Source: Candidatus Liptonbacteria bacterium | Lineage (GTDB): Bacteria > Patescibacteriota > Minisyncoccia > UBA6257 > 2-01-FULL-56-20 | Direction of reading: 5' to 3' | Length of the DNA: 64,000 nt | NCBI GenBank assembly: GCA_016182105.1 | Contig: JACOXZ010000011.1 | Coordinates: 1,218 to 65,217 of the forward strand | Shown: one piece after another, positions 48,138 to 56,952 of the stretch | Layout of the letters: every line of letters starts with the position of its first letter | Numbering within the stretch: the first letter of the stretch is position 1 | Position numbers and translations under genes: made by a program | Notes under the pieces: model-generated | Told to the model about the DNA's origin: nothing | Database searches by the model: none | What the model saw: only the letters and a program-made list of their open reading frames with translations

Positions 48138-49404
48138 AGAACTTCACGGCGAAATTAGGCTTGCTGGCGCGAAGGCTGAAGCGCCGAAGCTTATGATCGC
48201 TTCGCTCTTAACCGATGAGCCGGTGCGGCTCGATAATTTCCCTAAGATCGGCGACACGGACATCACCCGTGAACTCTGCGAACGTATAGGAAGCAAGTTT
48301 TCAGTAAAAAACGGATCTGCGACGCTCACGACTCCTTCTCTAAAAAACAGCCGCGTTTTGGAGCTAAGCCGACGAAATCGAATCCCAATACTTGCCCTGG
48401 GCCCGCTCCTCGCCCGTACTGGCGAGGCGGAAGTGCCGATTTTGGGGGGGGATAAGATTGGGCCGAGGCCAGTTGACCTCCATCTCCAAGCGCTCCGCGC
48501 TTTGGGCGCAGAGATTGAAATAACCGCTTCAAGTTTCAGGGCAAAGGCACCCAAAGGCCTTCGAGGAGCTTTAATAGAACTTGGTTTTCCAAGTGTTGGT
48601 GCGACAGAAAACACAATCCTTGCCGCAGTGCTTGCTAAAGGCAAAACAGTCTTGAAAAATGCCGCACTTGGGCCGGAAATTATAGGACTTATAAAGATGC
48701 TTCAGAAGATGGGTGCGATAATTGAGCTTGCCCCGCCGCGTACTATTACGATAGAGGGCGTATCCCGTCTCCGCGGCACGAGGCATCGGATTTTGCCCGA
48801 CCGTAACGAGGCCGTTTCATTTGCGTGCTTAGCGATTGCGACGGGAGGCGATATTTTAATCCGCGGCGCCGTTCAGGAACACCTCATCACGTTTTTAAAC
48901 ACACTCCGGCGAATCGGCGCCGACTACGAAGTTTTGCCCGAGGGCATTCGTTTCCGGCGCATGAATAATTTACGAGTGACCGACATTGAAACCGCAACCC
49001 ATCCTGGCTTTATGACCGACTGGCAGCAGCCGTTTGCGGTGCTCTTAACGCAAGCGGACGGTGCCTCGACCATTCATGAAACGATCTACGAGGATCGCTT
49101 CGGTTACGTGGCGGACTTAAACGCGATGGGCGCCTCGATCGAGATATCGGACATGTGCCCCTCCGGCCGCAGCTGCAGATTTTCGGGCGGGCACTCTAAG
49201 CACGTTGCAAAGATTTCAGGCCCCTCGAAACTTCGCGGCGGCAAACTCGCTGTTCGCGACCTCCGCTCGGGGATGGTAGACGTGATCGCCGCGCTTGTTG
49301 CAGAGGGGGAGTCGTTGATCGAAGGCGTCGAAGAAATCGACCGCGGCTACGAGCGCATAGACGAACGGCTGCGGAAGTTAGGAGCCGAGATTAAACGGAT
49401 ATGA
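48109..49404 (+). CDS. murA: UDP-N-acetylglucosamine 1-carboxyvinyltransferase
   Basis: GGDKIGPRPVDLH, SVGATEN, PGFMTD, DLRSG, RGYE. Confidence 0.92.
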   Translation: MTKFIVKGGKELHGEIRLAGAKAEAPKLMIASLLTDEPVRLDNFPKIGDTDITRELCERIGSKFSVKNGSATLTTPSLKNSRVLELSRRNRIPILALGPLLARTGEAEVPILGGDKIGPRPVDLHLQALRALGAEIEITASSFRAKAPKGLRGALIELGFPSVGATENTILAAVLAKGKTVLKNAALGPEIIGLIKMLQKMGAIIELAPPRTITIEGVSRLRGTRHRILPDRNEAVSFACLAIATGGDILIRGAVQEHLITFLNTLRRIGADYEVLPEGIRFRRMNNLRVTDIETATHPGFMTDWQQPFAVLLTQADGASTIHETIYEDRFGYVADLNAMGASIEISDMCPSGRSCRFSGGHSKHVAKISGPSKLRGGKLAVRDLRSGMVDVIAALVAEGESLIEGVEEIDRGYERIDERLRKLGAEIKRI

Positions 49405-49457
49405 AACTCTATTAAATTAGATTGACTTATTAGTATTTTTGAATTTAAATTAATGTA

Positions 49458-50465
49458 ATGTTTACTCGGAAAATCGGCATTGATTTGGGCACGGCGAATA
49501 CGATTGTTTTTGTTCCGGGAAAGGGATTCATTATTAACGAGCCGACGATTGTGGCAATGAATAAACCCGAGAACTCTATCCTCGCTGTAGGCGTTGAGGC
49601 CAAAGAGATGATAGGCCGAACTTCCGAGAACATCTTGGCCTACCGTCCCTTAAAAGACGGCGTGATTGCCGATTACTATATCACGAAGGCCATGCTCACT
49701 TATTTCATCTCCAAAGCCGTGAGCTGGTTTAATTTGTTTAAGCCGGAGGTGGTGATCTCGGTGCCGGCCGGCATAACCCAGACCGAGCGCCGTGCCGTCG
49801 TGAATGCCGCTCGGGAGGCAGGGGCGAGGCGGGCCTATGTTGTCCGCGAGCCGGTACTCGCGGCCCTAGGCGCAGGCATCCCCATTAATGCCCGCTCTGG
49901 CAATATGGTGGTGAATATCGGAGGCGGCACATCCGAGGTGGCTGTGATTGCTTTGGGAAGCATTGTTTCATGGACAAGTTTGAGGGTCGCTGGCAACCGC
50001 TTTGATCAGGCCATTCGTGATTATGTGAAGAAAAAGTACGCCCTCGCGATCGGCGAGCAGACTGCCGAGGCGGTGAAGATTGAGATAGGATCGGCAATGC
50101 CCACCAAAGAAAAGATGGAATACGAAATTCGCGGCCGAGACTTGGTTTCGGGTCTGCCTAAGGATGTGGCCTTGACCTCGAATGAAATTGCCGAAGCCCT
50201 GAACCCATACCTCATAGAAATCGCCGGTTCAGTGCAGAATGTTTTTAACGTGACCCCGCCAGAGCTTGTGGCCGATATTATGGAGAAAGGGATGGTTTTA
50301 TCCGGAGGCAGCGCCCAACTCCACTCACTTCCAGAATTTTTTGAGCGGACCTTAGGTGTTCAGGCTTACGTGGCCGAAGATCCTCTTTTTTGCGTGGCCA
50401 AAGGCACGGGTCTCATCTTGAGCCACCTCGACACTTACAAAAGGACGCTTTCGAATAAACAGTAA
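49458..50465 (+). CDS. mreB: Second MreB/Mbl paralog
   Basis: IGIDLGTAN, RPLKDGVIAD, NIGGGTSE. Confidence 0.92.
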   Translation: MFTRKIGIDLGTANTIVFVPGKGFIINEPTIVAMNKPENSILAVGVEAKEMIGRTSENILAYRPLKDGVIADYYITKAMLTYFISKAVSWFNLFKPEVVISVPAGITQTERRAVVNAAREAGARRAYVVREPVLAALGAGIPINARSGNMVVNIGGGTSEVAVIALGSIVSWTSLRVAGNRFDQAIRDYVKKKYALAIGEQTAEAVKIEIGSAMPTKEKMEYEIRGRDLVSGLPKDVALTSNEIAEALNPYLIEIAGSVQNVFNVTPPELVADIMEKGMVLSGGSAQLHSLPEFFERTLGVQAYVAEDPLFCVAKGTGLILSHLDTYKRTLSNKQ

Positions 50466-51382
50466 TGTTGATAGGCCACGAGCGGATCATTAAGGACTTA
50501 GAATATCTAGCGAAGAGTCGCGACTTCAGTCACGCCTATCTATTTTTCGGAACAGAGCAAGTAGGTAAAAGGAGAGTGGCTTTAGGATTAGCAAATTATT
50601 TTGAAAAAGGAATTTTTGACCCGCCAGCCTCGACTAGCTCGAGTCTAGGCGGGCCAGGCGAGCCGCCCTCCGCTGGGGGCGAGCCTCGCCTCCATGGAGG
50701 CGGGAGACCCCTGAACGACACCCGGCAAATTGAGCCGAGCCCGGAGAAAACAATCGGCATTAATGTCGTCCGGGAGCTAAAGAATTACTTGTCCCAAAAA
50801 CCGAATGTGAGTCCATACCGTCTGGTGATTATAAATGATGCTGAATTTTTGACCCCAGAGGCCCAAAACGCTCTTCTCCGCTTAACTGAAGAGCCGCCGC
50901 CTTCTTCTCTTTTAATCTTAGTTTTACGGGATCCGGAGTCGCTCACGCCTACGCTTACCTCGCGTTTTCAAAAAATTTATTTTGGGACGGTTCAAACCTC
51001 GATCGTGAAAGTCTGGTTAGAGAAAGAGTTAAAGATTTCAGTTAAAAAAGCCGAAGAAGTTGCTAAGATTTCCCGCGGGAAGCCCGGGCTCGCTTACAGC
51101 ATGCTTAAGGATAAAAACTTTGAGGCGCTCACGCGAACGGCGGAAAAATTCTCTAAAGTCCCCAAAAGAGATCGCCGCCTTTTTTTAAAAAAACTTCTCG
51201 AATCCAAAAACTTTAATTTCCCTGCCTTTTTAGATGCTTTAGTCATAAATCTGGAGCCAAAAAAAGTGGATAATTTTCACCTCTGGCACAAAATTTTAGA
51301 ACTCAAGAGGAAAATGACCTATTTCAATTTGAATCCGCGTCTCCAGCTTGAGAATCTTTTGGAGGCTTTTGTATCCCGTTAG
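50465..51382 (+). CDS. holB: DNA polymerase III subunit delta-prime
   Basis: SHAYLFFG, EAQNALLRLTEEPP, TLTSR. Confidence 0.85.
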   Translation: MLIGHERIIKDLEYLAKSRDFSHAYLFFGTEQVGKRRVALGLANYFEKGIFDPPASTSSSLGGPGEPPSAGGEPRLHGGGRPLNDTRQIEPSPEKTIGINVVRELKNYLSQKPNVSPYRLVIINDAEFLTPEAQNALLRLTEEPPPSSLLILVLRDPESLTPTLTSRFQKIYFGTVQTSIVKVWLEKELKISVKKAEEVAKISRGKPGLAYSMLKDKNFEALTRTAEKFSKVPKRDRRLFLKKLLESKNFNFPAFLDALVINLEPKKVDNFHLWHKILELKRKMTYFNLNPRLQLENLLEAFVSR

Positions 51383-51399
51383 ATAACTATCTCACGGGA
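51374..51399. mobile_element. 26 bp minimal hairpin element (family A-like ends) supplying the holB stop
   Basis: TCCCGTTAGATA-AC-TATCTCACGGGA flanked by TA. Confidence 0.7.
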
Positions 51400-51412
51400 T
51401 AAACAAAACCTT

Positions 51413-51519
51413 CACCCAGCACATAAATTTATGATGACGTTCACAAACAACAAATCAATAACTGCCACACAAAACAGCTTAATACTGAAGGTCACCTGGT
51501 TAAATTTATGTGCTGGGTG
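51413..51519. mobile_element. Inverted-repeat element with perfect 19 bp TIR
   Basis: CACCCAGCACATAAATTTA / TAAATTTATGTGCTGGGTG. Confidence 0.75.
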
Positions 51520-51558
51520 CTCAATTTTATCATCTCGCTTCGCTCGAACAAAATTGGC

Positions 51559-52125
51559 ATGACAGCTGAGGTAGCGGGAAGATTTATTAAGGAACTCGAA
51601 GCTGAATTGAAGTCGGTGGTTCAAAGATTCCGTGAAGAGGTGAGAGTCCTCCGCGGCAGCCGTCTTTCGACCGAACCTGTGGAAAATATTAAGGTTAATT
51701 ATTATGATGAATGGCTTACAATAAAAGAGCTTGGGACCCTTACGGTCGTACCGCCACGCGAAATTGATATTAAAGTCTGGGATAAAACTGCGGCACCGCT
51801 TATCTTAAAAGCTTTGGAAGATTCTAAAAGCGGGCTCACAGTTCAAAGTGAAGGGGACTTAATTAGAACCTTTCTTCCGGTTTTAACCAAAGAGCGCCGC
51901 GAGGAGCTTGGAAAACTCGTTAAAAAAATATCCGAGTTGAGCCGTATCCAAGTTAGGAGCCGTAGGGACGAGGCGATAAAAAAAATCAAGTCAGCAAGCG
52001 ACAAAAAAGAGATTAGCGAAGATCAGGTTTTTAAGTCTAAAGAAAAAATCCAAGAATTAGTTGATAATGCGAATAACCAAATCGAAACCATTGTTCAGAA
52101 TAAAATCAAAGAACTAAGCGAATAA
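51559..52125 (+). CDS. frr: Ribosome recycling factor
   Basis: LRGSR, IKVNYY, PVLTKERREEL, VRSRRDE, IQELVD. Confidence 0.85.
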   Translation: MTAEVAGRFIKELEAELKSVVQRFREEVRVLRGSRLSTEPVENIKVNYYDEWLTIKELGTLTVVPPREIDIKVWDKTAAPLILKALEDSKSGLTVQSEGDLIRTFLPVLTKERREELGKLVKKISELSRIQVRSRRDEAIKKIKSASDKKEISEDQVFKSKEKIQELVDNANNQIETIVQNKIKELSE

Positions 52126-52149
52126 TCTCCACCCTTCAAAGATATCAAG

Positions 52150-53211
52150 ATGCTAATTGCTTTATTCGTCATTATTGGACTTTCACTTTTAATTTTAGGC
52201 CACGAGGCCGGGCATTTTTTGGCGGCCAAGTACTTTAAGTTAAAAGTTGATGAGTTCGGTTTTGGTTTTCCGCCTCGGATTTTTGCCTGGAGGCCAAAAG
52301 CCAAAAAAAGTGAAACTGAGTATAGTGTGAACTGGCTGCCTTTCGGCGGTTTTGTGAAGATTGCTGGTGAAAATGCCGAGATAAAGAGCGACACGCAGAA
52401 ACTCGAAGAAATTTCCGAGGAAGAAAAAGAACAGCTTTTTGTTTTTCAATCAGTTTCACGGAGAAGTCTTATAATTTTGGCTGGGGTCACGATGAATTTC
52501 ATTATCGGTTGGTTTTTGATTTCCTCAGTGCTTATGATCGGCACGCCTCCGGTTTTGATTGTAAGCGAAGTCCAAGCCGGTTCGCCGGCGGAGGAGGCTG
52601 GCATACTTCAAGGCGACGTGATTAAAAATTACACTGCGGCTGATTCCTTTATTAAGTTCGTGAGCGGAAATCGAGGCAAAGAAATCGAGGTTCAAGTTGA
52701 GCGCGGCAAAAAAGATTTGGTCTTTAAAGTCACGCCCCGAGCCGAAGTTGACCCTAAACAGGGAGCTCTCGGAGTTTTTTTGGCTGAAGGAGGCGTACCT
52801 CGGCAAGGTTTTTTTAATGCCATCTACACCGGTCTAAAACAGTCAGTTGTGATTGTTGGGCTCACGATCTCCGCCCTTTATGAACTTCTAAAAAATCTCA
52901 TTCTTCACGGATCTCTGATTTCCGGGATAGTGGGGCCGGTTGGAATTTTCGGGGTAGCTCAGCAGGCCGGAGAGATCGGTTTTATCTATTTGCTCCAGCT
53001 GATGAGTTTGATCTCTTTAAACCTCGCGGTTGTCAACCTCATTCCTTTCCCGGCTTTGGACGGCGGCCGATTTTTGATGATTTTAATCGAGAAAATCAAA
53101 GGCTCGCCGATACCAAGACGAGTTGAGGCCTTAGTGAATGGCCTGGGCTTCGCTTTTCTTATCTTTCTTATGGCCATTCTTACCATCCGTGATATCGCGA
53201 GATGGTTTTAG
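52150..53211 (+). CDS. rseP: Site-2 protease RseP with PDZ domain
   Basis: HEAGH, LPFGGFV, NLIPFPALDGG. Confidence 0.92.
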   Translation: MLIALFVIIGLSLLILGHEAGHFLAAKYFKLKVDEFGFGFPPRIFAWRPKAKKSETEYSVNWLPFGGFVKIAGENAEIKSDTQKLEEISEEEKEQLFVFQSVSRRSLIILAGVTMNFIIGWFLISSVLMIGTPPVLIVSEVQAGSPAEEAGILQGDVIKNYTAADSFIKFVSGNRGKEIEVQVERGKKDLVFKVTPRAEVDPKQGALGVFLAEGGVPRQGFFNAIYTGLKQSVVIVGLTISALYELLKNLILHGSLISGIVGPVGIFGVAQQAGEIGFIYLLQLMSLISLNLAVVNLIPFPALDGGRFLMILIEKIKGSPIPRRVEALVNGLGFAFLIFLMAILTIRDIARWF

Positions 53212-53225
53212 GCAACTGAGCGTTG

Positions 53226-53341
53226 TCCCGTTAGAAGCCGCGATCGCTTTGGGTAATGCATAGTTGTTTGCCGTATGGATAGTCATTGTTATACATCGCT
53301 ATAGTCCACATATCACTGATCGCGATCTGTTTCTAACGGGA
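53226..53341. mobile_element. Family A element nested in a family B remnant
   Basis: TCCCGTTAGAAGC...TTCTAACGGGA flanked by CGTTG repeats; followed by ATCTTTCTAAGGTGCGGGG. Confidence 0.85.
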
Positions 53342-53383
53342 CGTTGCTATCTTTCTAAGGTGCGGGGTAAAATAGAGATATAA

Positions 53384-53761
53384 ATGCCTAACGTGAGGCC
53401 CACGAAGAAAATCTTGATTGTTGAGGATGAAAAGCCAGCGGCTAAGGCCTTTGGGCTTAAACTAGGCCGCGCTGGCTTTGAATCCGAAGTTGCTTTTGAC
53501 GGCGTAGACGCGCTCGCGATATTAGCCAAAAAAAACTTCGACCTTATCCTTCTTGACCTTGTGATGCCGCGGATGGATGGCTTTGAGTTCTTGGCTGAGC
53601 TAAAAAACAGGAATATAAAAACACCGGTCATCGTGACAAGTAGTTTGAGTCAGGAAGAAGACGCCAAAAGAGCCAAAGATTTGGGCGCTATAGATTATTT
53701 TGTGAAATCCGATACGCCGATTGCGGATATCGTCGAGCACGTGAAAAAAGTTTTGAACTAA
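53384..53761 (+). CDS. Single-domain response regulator
   Basis: ILIVEDE, DLILLDLVMPRMDG, YFVK. Confidence 0.9.
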   Translation: MPNVRPTKKILIVEDEKPAAKAFGLKLGRAGFESEVAFDGVDALAILAKKNFDLILLDLVMPRMDGFEFLAELKNRNIKTPVIVTSSLSQEEDAKRAKDLGAIDYFVKSDTPIADIVEHVKKVLN

Positions 53762-55446
53762 TGATTGACACCGGAAAAATAGAATCCATCCTTTTGCGGG
53801 AAAATTATGTCACCTCCGATGAGATCAAAAAGGCCGAGGAGTTTGGGAAATCCCGCAATACATCGCCGATTGAGTATCTATTAACCGAGGGACTCATAAC
53901 CAAAGATCTTTTGGGTCAGGCCATTGCCGAATCTTTTGGGGTGCCTTACGCCGATTTGAATTCCAACGCGCCGTCTAAGGAGCAAGTTTTAAAAATCCCC
54001 GAGGAGACTGCCAAAAAATTTCACATCGTCCTTTTCAAAGAAAGCGAGCTCGAAGTCGTAGTTGCAACCGATGATCCAGAGCAGGAAGGGCTAAAAGAGG
54101 CGCTCGATAACATTTTCAATCCCTTTAATGTTTTTGAAAAAGTCAAAAGGACAACGGTTGCTTATTCTCTGCCCGAGGACATTGAGTCGGTTTTTATTTA
54201 TTACCGGAAGCCCCTAGAGACAAGATTCACTAAAATCATCGAAGCCAAGAAACGGGTCGCGCCCGAGATCATTGAAGAAATTTTGGAAGACGCCATTGCC
54301 TTCCGTGCTTCTGACGTCCATTTCGAACCGCAGGAAAAGGAAGTGCTTATCCGCTTCAGGATTGACGGTGTTCTTCACGAGGCCGGCCGGATTCCAAAAG
54401 AACACTATGAAAACATTTTAAACAGGATAAAGGTCCAGTCACATCTTCGGATTGACGAGCACCTCTCCGCTCAAGACGGCGCGATGAGATACGAGAGGTC
54501 TGGAGGAGCTGTTGACTTACGTGTCTCCGTAGTGCCAACTCTTGACGGCGAAAAAGTCGCGATCCGTATACTTGCTCAGTACATTCAGAGTTTTTCCCTT
54601 GGCGATTTGGGGTTCTCACACTCGGATCAGGAAGGTATTTTGGAGGCGGGAAAATTGCCTTTTGGAATGATTTTAGTCACCGGCCCAACTGGGTCGGGAA
54701 AAACCACCACTCTTTACGCCCTGATTAAGATTCTGAACCGTCCAGAGGTAAATATCACAACCATTGAAGACCCAGTGGAATATAAGATAGTTGGGGTAAA
54801 CCAAATCAGAGTGAACCCTGCGACTAATCTCACTTTTGCCGAAGGTCTTCGTTCGATTGTGAGGCAGGACCCCAATATCATCTTGGTTGGAGAGGTCCGC
54901 GACCGCGAAACCGCTGAAATTTCCGTAAATGCCGCCTTAACCGGTCACCTTCTCCTTTCCACTTTCCACGCCAATGACGCCGCAACCGCTATCCCTCGGC
55001 TCTTAGACATGGGCGTTGAGCCATTTCTTCTCGCTTCAACGCTTGAGGTCGTGATCGCCCAACGGCTCACTCGCCGAATTTGCGTAGCCTGCCGTAAGAG
55101 CGTCTCAATGAGTTCCGAGGAGCTCTTGCATCTCCATCCCGCCATAAGTCGATATTTCCCCGGGAAGAGTTTTAACCTTTACAAAGGCAAGGGCTGTAAT
55201 ACTTGCGGCAAGACAGGTTATAAAGGGAGAATAGCCATTTTTGAGATCATCCGGATTACGCCGGAGATGGAAGACTTGATTTTGAAAAACCCGCCGACCT
55301 CCGAGATTTGGAAGCTGGCGAGGCGTCAGGGGTCTCGCTCGCTTTTTGAGGACGGTTTAGAGAAAGTTAAAGCCGGCATCACTACTTTAGAAGAACTTTT
55401 CCGAGTGGCTAATCCGCCAGAGATGACTTTAGGCGGCCTGGAGTAA
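53761..55446 (+). CDS. pilB: GspE/PilB family ATPase (full length)
   Basis: ASDVHFEP, GPTGSGKTTT, TIEDPVE, RQDPNIILVGEVRD. Confidence 0.92.
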   Translation: MIDTGKIESILLRENYVTSDEIKKAEEFGKSRNTSPIEYLLTEGLITKDLLGQAIAESFGVPYADLNSNAPSKEQVLKIPEETAKKFHIVLFKESELEVVVATDDPEQEGLKEALDNIFNPFNVFEKVKRTTVAYSLPEDIESVFIYYRKPLETRFTKIIEAKKRVAPEIIEEILEDAIAFRASDVHFEPQEKEVLIRFRIDGVLHEAGRIPKEHYENILNRIKVQSHLRIDEHLSAQDGAMRYERSGGAVDLRVSVVPTLDGEKVAIRILAQYIQSFSLGDLGFSHSDQEGILEAGKLPFGMILVTGPTGSGKTTTLYALIKILNRPEVNITTIEDPVEYKIVGVNQIRVNPATNLTFAEGLRSIVRQDPNIILVGEVRDRETAEISVNAALTGHLLLSTFHANDAATAIPRLLDMGVEPFLLASTLEVVIAQRLTRRICVACRKSVSMSSEELLHLHPAISRYFPGKSFNLYKGKGCNTCGKTGYKGRIAIFEIIRITPEMEDLILKNPPTSEIWKLARRQGSRSLFEDGLEKVKAGITTLEELFRVANPPEMTLGGLE

Positions 55447-55449
55447 GCG

Positions 55450-56520
55450 ATGATCCCTTTTTTACGCAACTTCGGCCTTGGCCAAGAAAAAGATTATTTA
55501 ATCGAAAATTTATCTCTACTTCTCGCTTCCGGGATTACTATCACCTCGGCGCTTGAGGCCATTAAAGTTGAGGTTAGATCTCAAAGGATCAAGGGGATAG
55601 TGACTGCGCTTGAGGAAGACGTAGAGAGCGGCGTGCCGCTCTGGAAGGCGCTTCAAGGGAGCCGGCTTTTCGCGCCGCATGTGGTCTCACTCGTGAAGAT
55701 CGGCGAGGAGGCTGGCCGTCTTCCCGAAAATCTAAAGGTCATTGCCGAGGAAGAGCAGAAGGATAGGGTATTTCGCTCGAAAATACGTTCGGCCATGATG
55801 TATCCGGTTTTCGTCTTTACCCTGACTGTAATAATCGGCGTCGGCATTGCCTGGTTTATCCTGCCGCGTTTGGCCTCGGTCTTCAGCGAGCTTGATATCA
55901 AACTGCCCCTTGTGACGAGGGCCTTGATCGCTCTCGGCAAATTTTTAGGAGAGTATGGCGCTATCGTGATCCCTCTTATTCTTCTTGCGGCTGTTGCCCT
56001 AATTTACTTTCTTTTTATTTTCCGGCGCACCAAGTTTATCGGCCAATTTATTCTTTTTAAGATCCCGGGCGTCGGGAAACTAATTAAAGAAGTGGAACTA
56101 GCGAGAATGGGTTATATTTTAGGGACGCTCCTCAAGGCCGGGCTTACTGCTCCAGAATCTTTAGGGTCGCTATCCGAGGCCTCAACTTCTTTTACCTACC
56201 GCAACCTATACGCTTTTTTGAAGGACCATGTTGAGGCAGGGGATTCATTCCAAAAGAGCTTTCGTTTTTTTCCAAAGATAAATTCATTTATCCCAACGCC
56301 GATTGAGGAACTTATCGTTACAGGCGAGAAATCCGGCCGTCTCTCGGAGAGTTTTCTTAAAATCGCCGAAATATTTGAGAGTAAAACCGATATTACGACA
56401 AAGAATCTCACGGTTATTTTGGAGCCGATTCTTCTTGTAATTGTCTGGTTGGGGGTTGTGGCTGTGGCCTTAGCTGTCATTTTGCCGATTTACAGTTTGA
56501 TCGGAGGGTTTAATAAGTGA
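55450..56520 (+). CDS. pilC: GspF/PilC platform protein
   Basis: GEEAGRL, SAMMYP, GEKSGRL, ILEP. Confidence 0.92.
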   Translation: MIPFLRNFGLGQEKDYLIENLSLLLASGITITSALEAIKVEVRSQRIKGIVTALEEDVESGVPLWKALQGSRLFAPHVVSLVKIGEEAGRLPENLKVIAEEEQKDRVFRSKIRSAMMYPVFVFTLTVIIGVGIAWFILPRLASVFSELDIKLPLVTRALIALGKFLGEYGAIVIPLILLAAVALIYFLFIFRRTKFIGQFILFKIPGVGKLIKEVELARMGYILGTLLKAGLTAPESLGSLSEASTSFTYRNLYAFLKDHVEAGDSFQKSFRFFPKINSFIPTPIEELIVTGEKSGRLSESFLKIAEIFESKTDITTKNLTVILEPILLVIVWLGVVAVALAVILPIYSLIGGFNK

Positions 56521-56521
56521 G

Positions 56522-56950
56522 ATGCGCGGCTTTATGTTACTAGAGGTCCTGCTTTCAGTAGTTTTGATTGCGGTCTTGGCCGTGATCACTATCCCTATTT
56601 ATCAGTCGTTTCAGGTAAAAAACGATCTCGAGCTTGCGGTAAATACCGTGTCGCAGACTTTGCGGCGGGCCCAAATTTTTGCGGAGTCAGTCGCGAGCGA
56701 TACCGCTTGGGGCGTTTTTGTGGGTTCAAGTAGCATCACCCTTTTTCGGGGCCCAAGTTTTTCAAGCCGGGTTACCTCTTCAGATGAAGTTTTTGATTTG
56801 CCATCCACCATTTCTCCGGGAGGGCTTCGGGAGTTTATTTTTTTGAAATTCTCCGGTGAACCGCAAGCTACTGGAACACTAACCCTAACTTCTTCAGCTA
56901 ATGAGACAAAGTCCGTTAGCGTTAATAGTAAGGGAGTCGTTACTTATTAG
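56522..56950 (+). CDS. Minor pilin (FimT/GspH-like)
   Basis: RG-FMLLEVLL. Confidence 0.8.
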   Translation: MRGFMLLEVLLSVVLIAVLAVITIPIYQSFQVKNDLELAVNTVSQTLRRAQIFAESVASDTAWGVFVGSSSITLFRGPSFSSRVTSSDEVFDLPSTISPGGLREFIFLKFSGEPQATGTLTLTSSANETKSVSVNSKGVVTY

Positions 56951-56952
56951 CG

